A stretch of DNA of 30,556 nucleotides from a virus (lineage: Duplodnaviria > Caudoviricetes), in the IMG/VR virus record IMGVR_UViG_3300024500_000078, positions 1 to 30,556 of that record. One strand, written 5' to 3'. A program made the position numbers and the translations under genes. This document shows, piece after piece, positions 21,683 to 30,556 of this stretch; position 1 is the first letter of the stretch; each line of letters starts with the position of its first letter. The notes under the pieces were generated by a model. It was given only the letters and a program-made list of their open reading frames with translations, made no database searches and was not told the DNA's origin.

Positions 21683-21795
21683 CTGTAATAATAACATAAG
21701 TGTAATTTGTAGTCAACTACAATACTGGAGAATCTAAAACAATATCCACAGAATCATCTGTGGAATGTGGATGTTCTGCTGTGCAATCTCCACAA

Positions 21796-22017
21796 TTACG
21801 ACACATGTAATTCACCTTCCCATTTATTCAATGGACATGTAGCATTAAGCAATTGTGTCTTTAGTGGCATAATGCACAGACATTCTTTACATTGTTTAGT
21901 TGGTTTAAAAAATTGGGGGCAGGAAGAACAAGTCTCCATTCTTTTCTCTTGCACATTCTTAGGAGCTCTAGGTGTATTTGGATCTAGCAAATCCCATGGT
22001 CTAACTTCTCTTGCCAT
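21796..22017 (-). CDS. Cys-rich small protein (DUF6171-like)
   Basis: R...CSSC...CKECLC...K...CPLNKW. Confidence 0.7.
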   Translation of the reverse strand: MAREVRPWDLLDPNTPRAPKNVQEKRMETCSSCPQFFKPTKQCKECLCIMPLKTQLLNATCPLNKWEGELHVS

Positions 22018-22018
22018 A

Positions 22019-22192
22019 TTAAAATTCTCCTATTGGACAAGTAAAGTCGGAATCTACAAAATACTCCTTACTGTGCTTATCTACCATAGTGCATTTAAGT
22101 TCTATATGGCTAAATTCAAGACAGGAATTACAAATTCCCGCCCTAAAATCAGCTAGAAGTTTCTTCTGTACTTGTTCCTGTAGTTGACTCAT
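22019..22192 (-). CDS. Cys-rich small protein, paralog-like to the neighbour
   Basis: R..ICNSC...C...CPIGEF; start revised to 22192 after AAGGAAG. Confidence 0.6.
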   Translation of the reverse strand: MSQLQEQVQKKLLADFRAGICNSCLEFSHIELKCTMVDKHSKEYFVDSDFTCPIGEF

Positions 22193-22388
22193 TTTCTTCC
22201 TTAGGCTTAAATGCAGGCATTGGGCCAAGAATATGACCCTGTTCGTGCAGGCTTACAATATTCTGAATAAGTTCTGGTTTTTCTGTCATATGGCTAGTTA
22301 GCACGGATATTAGGTCATAAATTCTGGCCAACATAATATATTGAGCCATTTGGAGGTTATCCTCCAGATTGACGTTTTCTTCGCTCAT
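22149..22388 (-). CDS. Hypothetical protein
   Basis: 79 aa; YIMLARIYDL...LHEQG motif. Confidence 0.7.
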   Translation of the reverse strand: MSEENVNLEDNLQMAQYIMLARIYDLISVLTSHMTEKPELIQNIVSLHEQGHILGPMPAFKPKEENESTTGTSTEETSS

Positions 22389-22516
22389 TTTCGTAATACT
22401 TTCTAAGATGGCCCCTAGAATATTTTCTAGAGTTTAAATGTTTTCGTATTTTAGTATAGCATATAAAATTGGATACTTCTAGTCCGCCGAGCACTTTTTT
22501 AGCGCCCTTATTCAAA

Positions 22517-22783
22517 CTATCTCTCCAAAATTAGGACAGATACAGAAGATCCAGTTTCTCCAACTGCCCACAAATGATCATATGGTCCAAGATCAATTAC
22601 AAAATTTTCTAGTGGTTCAAGCTTCATTCCAAATGATGTAGATGTCACATTACTTCCGCCAAGAAAAACATGCTTAGAGTTATCTAGATTTTTAACATGT
22701 AGAGTTGATGGTCCTTCAACTTCATCAGAAATACTAAGTTTAACTGGTGTGGAGTTTAGAGTATATACTGCAGTTCTTAGCAT
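22517..22783 (-). CDS. Small beta-sandwich hypothetical protein
   Basis: 88 aa; VFLGGSNVT...FGMKLEP. Confidence 0.7.
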   Translation of the reverse strand: MLRTAVYTLNSTPVKLSISDEVEGPSTLHVKNLDNSKHVFLGGSNVTSTSFGMKLEPLENFVIDLGPYDHLWAVGETGSSVSVLILER

Positions 22784-22790
22784 ATGTATA

Positions 22791-23063
22791 TTATATCACT
22801 TTCTCTTCTGGCGCCGAGGCACTTTTCGCACTTTCAATTATTGCATATAGTAAATTCGCTATATCTTCTGGTATGACTTTATCGTCTACATTAAGTCTTA
22901 CCCATGGGCCATAAGAATCCATTCTGTCAGAACCTTGATATACTTGACCAGTTTCTTGATCAATCAAAATCCACTTTTCTGGAACCTTAGTTCTTACTAA
23001 AAGTTGAACTGGATCTCTTAATTGTTTAAGAGGTTTTCCATTCTTCAGTATTCTGTTTACCAT
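22791..23063 (-). CDS. Hypothetical protein
   Basis: TKVPEKWILIDQETGQVYQG; 90 aa. Confidence 0.7.
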   Translation of the reverse strand: MVNRILKNGKPLKQLRDPVQLLVRTKVPEKWILIDQETGQVYQGSDRMDSYGPWVRLNVDDKVIPEDIANLLYAIIESAKSASAPEEKVI

Positions 23064-23250
23064 AGTGTTTTTCTATGTATCTTTCTACTTTTTCATATAA
23101 ATCTAGTCCAACATAGTTTTTGTATGAACATTCTAAACAGTATAAGAATAGCTGATCTTGATCTGTTAGGTTTGGGTAAAGCATTGATTTGTCTATTGGG
23201 CAAAGCAGCGGAGGAACTTTTGATTCCTCCGCCAACTTTTGATAAGCCAC
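23026..23250 (-). CDS. Small zinc-ribbon-like protein
   Basis: CPID...CLECSY; start uncertain. Confidence 0.65.
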   Translation of the reverse strand: MAYQKLAEESKVPPLLCPIDKSMLYPNLTDQDQLFLYCLECSYKNYVGLDLYEKVERYIEKHYGKQNTEEWKTS

Positions 23251-23263
23251 GATTACTTGTGTT

Positions 23264-23845
23264 TTAATTTACTGCCTCTGTCTTTTTTGTTTTAGTTGTC
23301 ATTGTTAAACACTTTGCAGGAAATTCTTTTAAGAACTCCTTGTATCTTACAGTTCCGTAACTTGGCCAAGAACTCCAGTCCTTGCCTTGCTTCGTCATTC
23401 TATAAACGATTTCGGCGTTTAAAATGGGGTTAAATAGGTTAGAATTGGAAGTGAGACCATATTGATCTCTTCTCTCAACTCCGAGGTCATCAAGCATGTT
23501 TACTTGGAAAATCCCGTATGAGTTGTCCCCTGTTTTTCTGTTTCCGTTATGAGCAAGCGGTCTTCCGTTGGACTCTGTTTTTGACACAGCCCACGCTTTT
23601 TTTAGAGCCTGACCTTCAAAGCCAGCAATGCTCAAAACTTCAACAAGATCGCAGTGACTTAAATCAGTTGCTACTGAATAAGCCTCTACTTTTTTCTGTA
23701 ATTTTTCAGCAGCTAATTGCTCCTGAATTTTTACAGCATATGCAGGTCCATCTGTAATTGATACTAAATAAACTGCTACCATAAACAAAACGAATATGGT
23801 AGAATTACTAAGTACTTCATACAAACGTTTTATATTTTTCTCCAT
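23264..23845 (-). CDS. Membrane-anchored/secreted lytic transglycosylase (lysozyme-like, SLT)
   Basis: N-terminal hydrophobic segment; AWAVSKTESNG (catalytic Glu), SYGIFQVN, LFNPILNA, WSSW. Confidence 0.8.
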   Translation of the reverse strand: MEKNIKRLYEVLSNSTIFVLFMVAVYLVSITDGPAYAVKIQEQLAAEKLQKKVEAYSVATDLSHCDLVEVLSIAGFEGQALKKAWAVSKTESNGRPLAHNGNRKTGDNSYGIFQVNMLDDLGVERRDQYGLTSNSNLFNPILNAEIVYRMTKQGKDWSSWPSYGTVRYKEFLKEFPAKCLTMTTKTKKTEAVN

Positions 23846-23929
23846 AGGTTGTTACCTCCTAAGAGACAGTAAATATAATAATACTAAACAAAGTATGGGC
23901 TTGTCAAGTTAGTCGACCAGAAAGATATT

Positions 23930-24928
23930 ATGGATATTTCTTATTACACAGTAAAAGCGGGATTAAATCCAGCTGTGGGATTTGGTTATGCTGGTCAAAA
24001 TATAGTTAAATCATTACAAAGTTTAGGACACAAAGTAAATTTTGCAAATCCAAAAGCAGATTTACAATTAATGTTTACTCAACCTGACAATTTTAAATTT
24101 CATAGAAATCAATATCAAATTGGATATACACCTTGGGAATCTACTTCAATGGATCCAGCATGGGTTGAAAAATTTAACCTATGTGATGAAGTATGGGCAA
24201 CATCTCAATGGACAGCAGATGTTTTTAAAGCAAATGGTGTTGAAAAAGATGTTAAAGTTTACAGACATGGAATTGAAAGTTTTTGGAAACCAAAGAAAAG
24301 AATTCTAAAAGATGATGGAGTTTTTAGATTTCTTCATATTGGTGAACCAGCTCCAAGAAAAGACGGACAATTAGTAGTTGAAACTTTTATTAAATTGTTT
24401 GGTAATAACCCAAAATATCACTTAACAATCAAGGCGCATCTATTTAATACTATTAGAATATATAATAATTATAATATATTATCTTTACCTAATATATATA
24501 ATAATATATCAATTATAACAGAAGAGTATGACACTAGTCAACTCCTATTTTTATATCACTCTCATCATGCACTTGTTTATCCAAGTTGGGGAGAAGGATT
24601 TGGATTTATCCCTTTGCAAGGTTTAGCAACTGGTATGCCAGTAATATCAACTTATGATTGGGCAGATTATAAAGAATTTTTAGGACCTCTAAAGTTAAAG
24701 TCAACATTGACAGATGAGAAGTTACCTAAATCTGTAGGACATACTTATGTTGGAAAAATGTTTAAACCCAATAAAGAACATCTTGAAGAACTTATGTATG
24801 ATGTTGTTTTAAATTATAAAGCTTATTCTGGCTATTATTTTGCACAAGCTGAAAAAATTCATGAAAAATATAATTGGATTCAGTTGACTAAGAATGCTTT
24901 TGATCATTTAGAAAAAAAATTTTCTTAA
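23930..24928 (+). CDS. Glycosyltransferase family 4 (GT-B)
   Basis: YTPWEST, HIGEPAPRK, YPSWGEGFGFIPLQGLATGMPVI. Confidence 0.85.
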   Translation: MDISYYTVKAGLNPAVGFGYAGQNIVKSLQSLGHKVNFANPKADLQLMFTQPDNFKFHRNQYQIGYTPWESTSMDPAWVEKFNLCDEVWATSQWTADVFKANGVEKDVKVYRHGIESFWKPKKRILKDDGVFRFLHIGEPAPRKDGQLVVETFIKLFGNNPKYHLTIKAHLFNTIRIYNNYNILSLPNIYNNISIITEEYDTSQLLFLYHSHHALVYPSWGEGFGFIPLQGLATGMPVISTYDWADYKEFLGPLKLKSTLTDEKLPKSVGHTYVGKMFKPNKEHLEELMYDVVLNYKAYSGYYFAQAEKIHEKYNWIQLTKNAFDHLEKKFS

Positions 24929-24932
24929 CCCC

Positions 24933-24961
24933 TTGCCCCTATAAAAACTTTTAGGTATACT
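24933..24961 (+). promoter_or_regulatory. SigA-type promoter for RNR
   Basis: TTGCCC-N17-TATACT. Confidence 0.6.
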
Positions 24962-25019
24962 TAGACTTACCCAAAATAAAATTTAGCTGTAGAAAAACGG
25001 CGGAAAGAGTACTCTAAAA

Positions 25020-26951
25020 ATGTCAAGAACTATTGAAAACCCATATGAAAACTTTATTGCATTGTCAAGATATGCAAGATGGCTGTCTGATGAAAACCGT
25101 CGTGAAACATGGGGTGAAACTGTAGATAGGTACTTTGACTTTATGCTTTCCCACCTTAAAAACTTTAATTACTACCCAGACCTCAAACTTGTTGAGGAAT
25201 TAAAGCAAGCGGTTTATGATAGAAACGTAATGCCTTCTATGAGAGCTGTTATGACTGCAGGTGCAGCATTAGATAGAGACCATGTTGCAGGATATAACTG
25301 TTCATTTGTTCCAGTTGATTCCCCAAGATCATTTGATGAAACAATGTATATCTTGATGTGTGGAACTGGTGTTGGATTCTCTGTTGAATATAAATATGTT
25401 AATAAGCTTCCTGCCGTCCCAGAATCATTTGAAAAATCTACAACTACAATTGTAGTAGAAGATTCTAAGACTGGTTGGGCAAAGTCTTATCGTGAACTTC
25501 TTGCAATGCTTTGGGCTGGACAGATTCCTTCTGTAGACGTTTCTAAACTTCGTCCAGCAGGTGCACGTTTAAAGACAATGGGTGGTCGTTCTTCAGGCCC
25601 ACAACCACTTATTAATCTTTTTGATTTTACTATTGCTAAGTTCAAGCAAGCAGCAGGTCGCCAGTTGAAGCCTATTGAGGCACACGATATAATGTGTAAG
25701 ATAGGTGAAGTTGTAGTTGTTGGCGGAGTACGTCGTTCTGCAATGATTTCTTTGTCAAACATTAATGACATTGAAATGGCAGCAGCAAAATCAGGTAACT
25801 GGTGGGAAAACAATTCACAACGAGCTTTGTCAAATAACTCAGTAGCATATTCTCGCAAACCAGAGATGGAGCAGTTTATTGCTGAATGGAAAAACTTATA
25901 TGACTCAAAATCTGGTGAGCGTGGCATATACAATGTTGCCGCTGCTCAAAAGCAAGCAGCAAGATGGGGAAGAAGAGATCCTGAAATTCACTACGGAACT
26001 AACCCATGCTCAGAAATTATCCTTAGACCTTATCAGTTTTGTAATTTATCCGAAGTTGTAATTCGTGAAAAAGATACTGCTAAAACAGTAGCAGAAAAAG
26101 TTAGATTAGCTACAATTCTTGGAACTTGGCAATCAACACTTACAGACTTTAAGTATCTTCGCAAAATATGGAAAGATAATACAGAAGAAGAACGCCTACT
26201 TGGTGTATCTCTTACTGGTCAGTTTGGTAATAAATTCTTTTCTGGAAAAGAAGATCTCAAAAAACTATCAGAAGTTTTAGAAGGCCTTCGTGATTATGCA
26301 AGAGATACAAATAAAGCAGAAGCAGCAAAAATTGGTATTAACGAATCTGCTGCTATTACATGTGTTAAGCCTTCTGGAACGGTGTCACAGCTTGTAGGAG
26401 TTTCTTCAGGAATGCATGCATGGCATTCTCCATATTACATTCGCACTGTTCGTGGAGATAAGAAAGATCCTTTATCAACATTCTTAAAAGAAGTTGGAAT
26501 TCCAGTAGAAGATGACTTTATGAAACCAAATGACACTTATGTGTTTTCATTTCCAGTAAAGGCACCAGAAGGTGCAATTACAAGAGATCATTTGACCGCT
26601 ATTGATCATTTGAATACATGGCTTGTTTATCAACGTGCATGGTGTGAGCATAAACCATCTATTACAGTGTCTGTAAAAGAAGATGAGTGGATGGAAGTTG
26701 GTGCTTGGGTATACAAGCATTTTGATGAAGTATCAGGTATTTCATTCCTACCACATTCAGATCATTCATATAAGCAAGCACCTTATCAAGAAGTAACAGA
26801 AGAACAGTATCTTGAATTGTTAGCAAAGATGCCGTCTTCTATTAGGTGGGAAGATTTGTCATTCTATGAAACCGAAGATGGTACTTCAGGAACACAAACT
26901 TTAGCCTGTACATCAGACGGAAATTGTGAAATTGTAGATATATCCGCTTGA
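25020..26951 (+). CDS. nrdJ: Adenosylcobalamin-dependent class II ribonucleotide reductase (monomeric RTPR-type)
   Basis: RRETWGETVDR, YNCS, GTGVGFS, GGVRRSA, TNPCSEI, CVKPSGTVS, HKPSITV; C-terminal C-x4-C; 643 aa. Confidence 0.93.
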   Translation: MSRTIENPYENFIALSRYARWLSDENRRETWGETVDRYFDFMLSHLKNFNYYPDLKLVEELKQAVYDRNVMPSMRAVMTAGAALDRDHVAGYNCSFVPVDSPRSFDETMYILMCGTGVGFSVEYKYVNKLPAVPESFEKSTTTIVVEDSKTGWAKSYRELLAMLWAGQIPSVDVSKLRPAGARLKTMGGRSSGPQPLINLFDFTIAKFKQAAGRQLKPIEAHDIMCKIGEVVVVGGVRRSAMISLSNINDIEMAAAKSGNWWENNSQRALSNNSVAYSRKPEMEQFIAEWKNLYDSKSGERGIYNVAAAQKQAARWGRRDPEIHYGTNPCSEIILRPYQFCNLSEVVIREKDTAKTVAEKVRLATILGTWQSTLTDFKYLRKIWKDNTEEERLLGVSLTGQFGNKFFSGKEDLKKLSEVLEGLRDYARDTNKAEAAKIGINESAAITCVKPSGTVSQLVGVSSGMHAWHSPYYIRTVRGDKKDPLSTFLKEVGIPVEDDFMKPNDTYVFSFPVKAPEGAITRDHLTAIDHLNTWLVYQRAWCEHKPSITVSVKEDEWMEVGAWVYKHFDEVSGISFLPHSDHSYKQAPYQEVTEEQYLELLAKMPSSIRWEDLSFYETEDGTSGTQTLACTSDGNCEIVDISA

Positions 26952-26993
26952 TGGTAGAATATAAATATGGGTAAACCCCATTAAGGAGAAAAT

Positions 26994-27227
26994 ATGGCAA
27001 CGAAAAAGAAAGCAGAGGCACCAACAATGGATCTAGGAAAAGAAGCAAGCAAAGCTCTTGCAATTCTAGCAAGCTATGGTCGTTCATTTATGGCGGCAGC
27101 ATTAGCACTTTATATGACAGGAAATACAAATCCAAAAGATTTGGCAATGGCTGGAGTAGCAGCTGTAGCACCAGTTCTATTAAGAGCTCTTAATAAAAAC
27201 GACAAGGCTTTTGGCCTAACTAAGTAA
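26994..27227 (+). CDS. Putative holin
   Basis: 77 aa, two hydrophobic helices, SYGRSF...RALN..D.AFG; AAGGAG RBS. Confidence 0.55.
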   Translation: MATKKKAEAPTMDLGKEASKALAILASYGRSFMAAALALYMTGNTNPKDLAMAGVAAVAPVLLRALNKNDKAFGLTK

Positions 27228-27240
27228 ATACTTTAGGACG

Positions 27241-27272
27241 GTCCCTATGCTAAAATGAGCATAGGGACTTTT
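27241..27272 (+). terminator. Intrinsic terminator
   Basis: GTCCCTATGCT/AGCATAGGGAC stem followed by TTTT. Confidence 0.7.
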
Positions 27273-27292
27273 CTATTTAATAAGGTGGTATT

Positions 27293-27637
27293 GTGGCATC
27301 AACAAAAAATTTTGAGGTAGACCAAGGGGCTACTTTTTCTTTTCAAATTGAGTATCTAGACTCAAATGATAACCCTATTGATCTAACTGGTTCCACAGCC
27401 AAAATGCAGATACGTGATACAAAAGGCGGAAAGCAACTAGTTACAACTTTGTCTACTCCATCATCTAATGGAATAAATATTGCTGGTAATATGATTACAG
27501 TTACTATTCCTGCTAATGCAACAAATAAATTAATTTTTCCAAAATCAGCTTATGACATTCTTGTCACAGATACAAACGGTAATAAAATAAGAATCCTTGA
27601 AGGATTTTTAACACTAGATAGGTCGGTGACAGTATAA
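27293..27637 (+). CDS. Virion/baseplate-associated protein (BppU N-terminal-like)
   Basis: DQGATF...PIDLTGSTAKMQIR...YDI...RILEG. Confidence 0.7.
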   Translation: MASTKNFEVDQGATFSFQIEYLDSNDNPIDLTGSTAKMQIRDTKGGKQLVTTLSTPSSNGINIAGNMITVTIPANATNKLIFPKSAYDILVTDTNGNKIRILEGFLTLDRSVTV

Positions 27638-28080
27638 TGGTAGAAAAAGTAATAGTACATGAAAATGTAAACAAAGTTGTTATTGGAGATGTTGGAGCCC
27701 AGGGTCCAAGAGGAAAAGGTATCCTAAATGGAAATGGAGCCCCATTAAATACTATAGGTCTTATTGGTGATTTTTATTATGACAAAGATACAACAAGATT
27801 TTATGGTCCAAAGCCTTCCGACCTTTCTTGGGACGGAGCCCCAAACTACCTTTTGAATACAGAAGTTGCCATGGTATATCCTTGGGAGCTTGCACAAGTT
27901 ACAGGGCCAGTAAATGGCGTATATTCTGTAACAATTTATCACAATCTACAATTTCATCCAAACGTGACTGTTAAATCTAGTAGTGGTGACGTATTGGAAA
28001 CAGGAATAGACTATAATAGTATTAATGTCCTGACGCTAACTATGGCTCAGCCATTTTCAGGGACAGCATACCTGTCCTAA
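27637..28080 (+). CDS. Virion structural protein (tail-associated)
   Basis: GAQGPRG, GDFYYD...FYGPK, HNL...PNVTV...FSGTAYLS. Confidence 0.65.
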   Translation: MVEKVIVHENVNKVVIGDVGAQGPRGKGILNGNGAPLNTIGLIGDFYYDKDTTRFYGPKPSDLSWDGAPNYLLNTEVAMVYPWELAQVTGPVNGVYSVTIYHNLQFHPNVTVKSSSGDVLETGIDYNSINVLTLTMAQPFSGTAYLS

Positions 28081-28097
28081 AAGAGGAGTAACAAAAC

Positions 28098-29588
28098 ATG
28101 GCAAGAAAGTTTTTAGTAAGTTTAGATCTCACAAAGAATGAGTTGTTGAATGCCCGCATTCAAAATTTACCTTCTTCTTCTAAACCACAAAGTCCTGTAA
28201 CTGGTCAAATTTATTATGACAGCACGGACAATTTCCTTTATTTCTGGAACGGAACTACTTGGCTAAGAGCCTCTGGTGATTTTGGCGCAGGCGGACAAAC
28301 TACATCTCTATTTTTTGGTAATACAAAATCTGATGGAACATCTACATCAGTTGCTCGTGCAGATCACACACACGACATTCCAGATATCCTTGGTGAGCCT
28401 GGAGAAATTACAGTATCTAAGGATCCAATATCTGGCGATGCAACAATTGGACTTCCAAACACAACAGTAACAGCTGGAAGTTACGGTTCACAAACACAAA
28501 TCCCAACATTTACAGTTGATAGCACAGGTCGTTTGACTGCAGCTGGTCAAGTAAATGTTGCAACTACTCTTACTGTAAAAGATGATAACGATACAGTTGT
28601 TTCAATTGATCTTCTTACAGAAGGATTAAAAGTTGAAGGCGGAGAAGGCATTGATGTAACATCAGATGCTGCTAATAATAAGATAACAATATCTGCAGAA
28701 GATGCAACTCATACAAATAAAGGTGTTGCAAGTTTCCCAGCCACAGACTTTGAGGTTGTTTCTGGTTCAGTAACAATTAATAAAGAGCGTGTAGAAGACA
28801 TTGTAAATGATCTTGTTGCTGCAGGCGAAGGCATTGATGTAACTTATGATGATGTAAATAACAAACTTCAAATTGATGCCGAAATTGCAACAACAACAAA
28901 TCGTGGTGTTGCATCATTTGCAAATGCTGATTTTACAGTATCTGATGGCGCAGTTTCTATCAAAAATGTAAACCTTGGTTCACAAACAACTGGTGATTAT
29001 GTAGCTGGAATTCAAGGAACAACAAATGAAATTGAAGTAACCAACTCAGGCGGAGAAGGCTCAACAGTCACAATTGGTTTGCCAAACGATGTAACAATTG
29101 GCAATAATCTTACAGTTAATGGAAACCTAAATGTATTAGGAACAATTAACTCAGTAAATACAACACAGGTTAACATTGAAGATAATAAGATTAACCTTAA
29201 TTCTAATCTTTCAGAATCTGCTACACCAACAGTTGATGGCGGATTTATTATTCACCGTGGTGCAGAAGAAGATGCACTATTAACATGGAATGAGACAGAT
29301 GATCGTTGGCAGATTGGTCTAGACAATGGTCGTCAATATGCAATTGCTCGTAAGTTTGCAGCAGATCTTTCTACAACCGCACAATATGTAACAGTCAGTG
29401 GCGGAGGATCAGTATTCGTAGTAGACCATGGACTAAATTCAAGAGATATCAGCATTCAGGTTTTTGAAACAGCAGCTGAATGGAACAATGTTGAAGTAGA
29501 TACAGAAAGAACAACATTGAATACAGTTACAGTTAGGTTTGCAACAGCACCAGCAAACGGAGCATACAGAGTAGTTATAACGGGATAA
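28098..29588 (+). CDS. Tail fibre/virion structural protein
   Basis: Thr/Gly/Val-rich; AGEGIDVTY and KGVASF..DF.V.G.V repeats; GNLTVNGNL; C-terminal HGLN...YRVVITG. Confidence 0.7.
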   Translation: MARKFLVSLDLTKNELLNARIQNLPSSSKPQSPVTGQIYYDSTDNFLYFWNGTTWLRASGDFGAGGQTTSLFFGNTKSDGTSTSVARADHTHDIPDILGEPGEITVSKDPISGDATIGLPNTTVTAGSYGSQTQIPTFTVDSTGRLTAAGQVNVATTLTVKDDNDTVVSIDLLTEGLKVEGGEGIDVTSDAANNKITISAEDATHTNKGVASFPATDFEVVSGSVTINKERVEDIVNDLVAAGEGIDVTYDDVNNKLQIDAEIATTTNRGVASFANADFTVSDGAVSIKNVNLGSQTTGDYVAGIQGTTNEIEVTNSGGEGSTVTIGLPNDVTIGNNLTVNGNLNVLGTINSVNTTQVNIEDNKINLNSNLSESATPTVDGGFIIHRGAEEDALLTWNETDDRWQIGLDNGRQYAIARKFAADLSTTAQYVTVSGGGSVFVVDHGLNSRDISIQVFETAAEWNNVEVDTERTTLNTVTVRFATAPANGAYRVVITG

Positions 29589-29591
29589 CAA

Positions 29592-29891
29592 ATGGCAAGA
29601 CAATTTTTAGCAACCCTGTCACTGCCAACACTTCCAGATCATCCAACTGATGGACATGCTGGATCTTTATATTTTAATACAAATATGAATGCATTAATGA
29701 TGCATACTGGTTCAGAATGGATGCCAGTCAATTCTTCACAATATGTTTTAGAAGATCATATTCATACATATGATGGACCAGTTCATACAGTAATTGCAGG
29801 ATCTTACAATCCAAATCTTAGCGTTTTTGATGGCGGAAGTTCTAACCAACAATATAATAGTGATACATCACTTGATGGAGGCAATTCATAA
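29592..29891 (+). CDS. Small virion-associated protein
   Basis: N-terminus resembles the upstream protein (MARxFL); DGG repeats. Confidence 0.65.
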   Translation: MARQFLATLSLPTLPDHPTDGHAGSLYFNTNMNALMMHTGSEWMPVNSSQYVLEDHIHTYDGPVHTVIAGSYNPNLSVFDGGSSNQQYNSDTSLDGGNS

Positions 29892-30556
29892 TGGCAATTA
29901 GAATTCAAATGCGTAGGGATACACAACAAAATTGGTATGATAACAATCCAATTTTAAAACCAGGAGAATTAGCATTATCTTTAGATGTTGGAAGATTTAA
30001 AGCTGGATTTTCAGAAACATCAAGATGGAGAGATTGTTATTATCTAAACGTTCTTCCATCAGAACTTGCTGAAGCAGCACAAGATGCAATTGGTTTAGCA
30101 GTAAATCATTCTGATCATTCTCACATAACTGTTACTTATAATGATGCAACAAATAAATTTGTTTTTGCAACTGCCCCAGAAGTTGTTTTATCTGGCGGAT
30201 TAAATGACACGCTAGAAGATTACGTTACCCTTGCTTACTTTACAAATTTACTAGATGACTTAAATGGTATTCCACAATTAGATAACGCTGGTTTAATTAA
30301 AGATTCTCAAATTTCTACAAATATTGCTAGAGTTGCATCTCCTACATTTACTGGTACAGTTGGCGGCATTACAAAATCAATGGTTGGACTTGGAAATGTA
30401 GATAATACATCAGATGCTAATAAGCCTGTATCTACCGCAACACAAACAGCACTAAACTTAAAAGCTAATTTAGCAAATCCATCTTTTACTGGAACAGTTA
30501 ATACAGGAAATCTTACAGTTTCTGGAAATTTAACAGTTACTGGGTCTACAACAACT
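29891..30556 (+). CDS. Tail fibre protein with an Mtd_N/hyaluronidase-like N-terminus (partial, runs off the window)
   Basis: MAIRIQMRRDTQQNWYDNNPILKPGE...FKAG; later MVGLGNVDNTSDANKPVSTATQTAL. Confidence 0.75.
   Translation, partial: MAIRIQMRRDTQQNWYDNNPILKPGELALSLDVGRFKAGFSETSRWRDCYYLNVLPSELAEAAQDAIGLAVNHSDHSHITVTYNDATNKFVFATAPEVVLSGGLNDTLEDYVTLAYFTNLLDDLNGIPQLDNAGLIKDSQISTNIARVASPTFTGTVGGITKSMVGLGNVDNTSDANKPVSTATQTALNLKANLANPSFTGTVNTGNLTVSGNLTVTGSTTT

Noticed and set aside
21767-22156. 129-aa plus-strand ORF
   Set aside because: Antisense shadow of the Cys-rich minus-strand genes.
24929-25019. Cobalamin riboswitch or NrdR box upstream of nrdJ
   Set aside because: The leader is too short and shows no recognisable B12 box or NrdR palindrome.
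25487-25933. 148-aa minus-strand ORF and other short ORFs nested in the halogenase, DUF932, GT4, RNR and tail genes
   Set aside because: Antisense or alternate-frame shadows of well-supported genes.

Overview
AT-rich segment of a large dsDNA phage genome. The host is most likely a low-GC (freshwater-type) actinobacterium, inferred from an actinobacterial-type SSB, an Lsr2-like peptide, a GP88-family gene, GAAAGGA ribosome-binding sites and actinobacterial promoter motifs. There are four blocks. (i) 1-7316 (+): auxiliary/middle genes (flavin-dependent halogenase, 2OG-Fe(II)-like oxygenase, tRNA-Gly, tRNA-Thr, SSB, PduO cobalamin adenosyltransferase, SAM decarboxylase). (ii) About 7750-20290 (-): roughly 40 mostly tiny genes (Lsr2-like, YubB/DUF1281, DUF932, GP88, tRNA-Asp) arranged as promoter-RBS-ORF cassettes, typical of an early/host-takeover region. 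(iii) 20400-23850: small zinc-binding proteins and a lytic transglycosylase. (iv) 23930-end (+): GT4 glycosyltransferase, B12-dependent class II RNR, holin-like and tail/virion genes. The main discovery is non-coding. Sixteen co-oriented TGTCR-N11-TAnnnT elements with invariant spacing precede the block (ii) genes and match the actinobacterial PafBC (RecA-independent DNA-damage) promoter. Upstream of them lie CRP-type TGTGA-N6-TCACA sites, GACAC (WhiA-like) motifs, paired DnaA boxes and a CCCGCA-N5/6-TGCGGG palindrome, and there is an MraZ-type triple repeat at the block edge. A candidate structured sRNA presents the exact complement of the early-gene RBS. All product calls come from motif recognition by eye; no database search was run.
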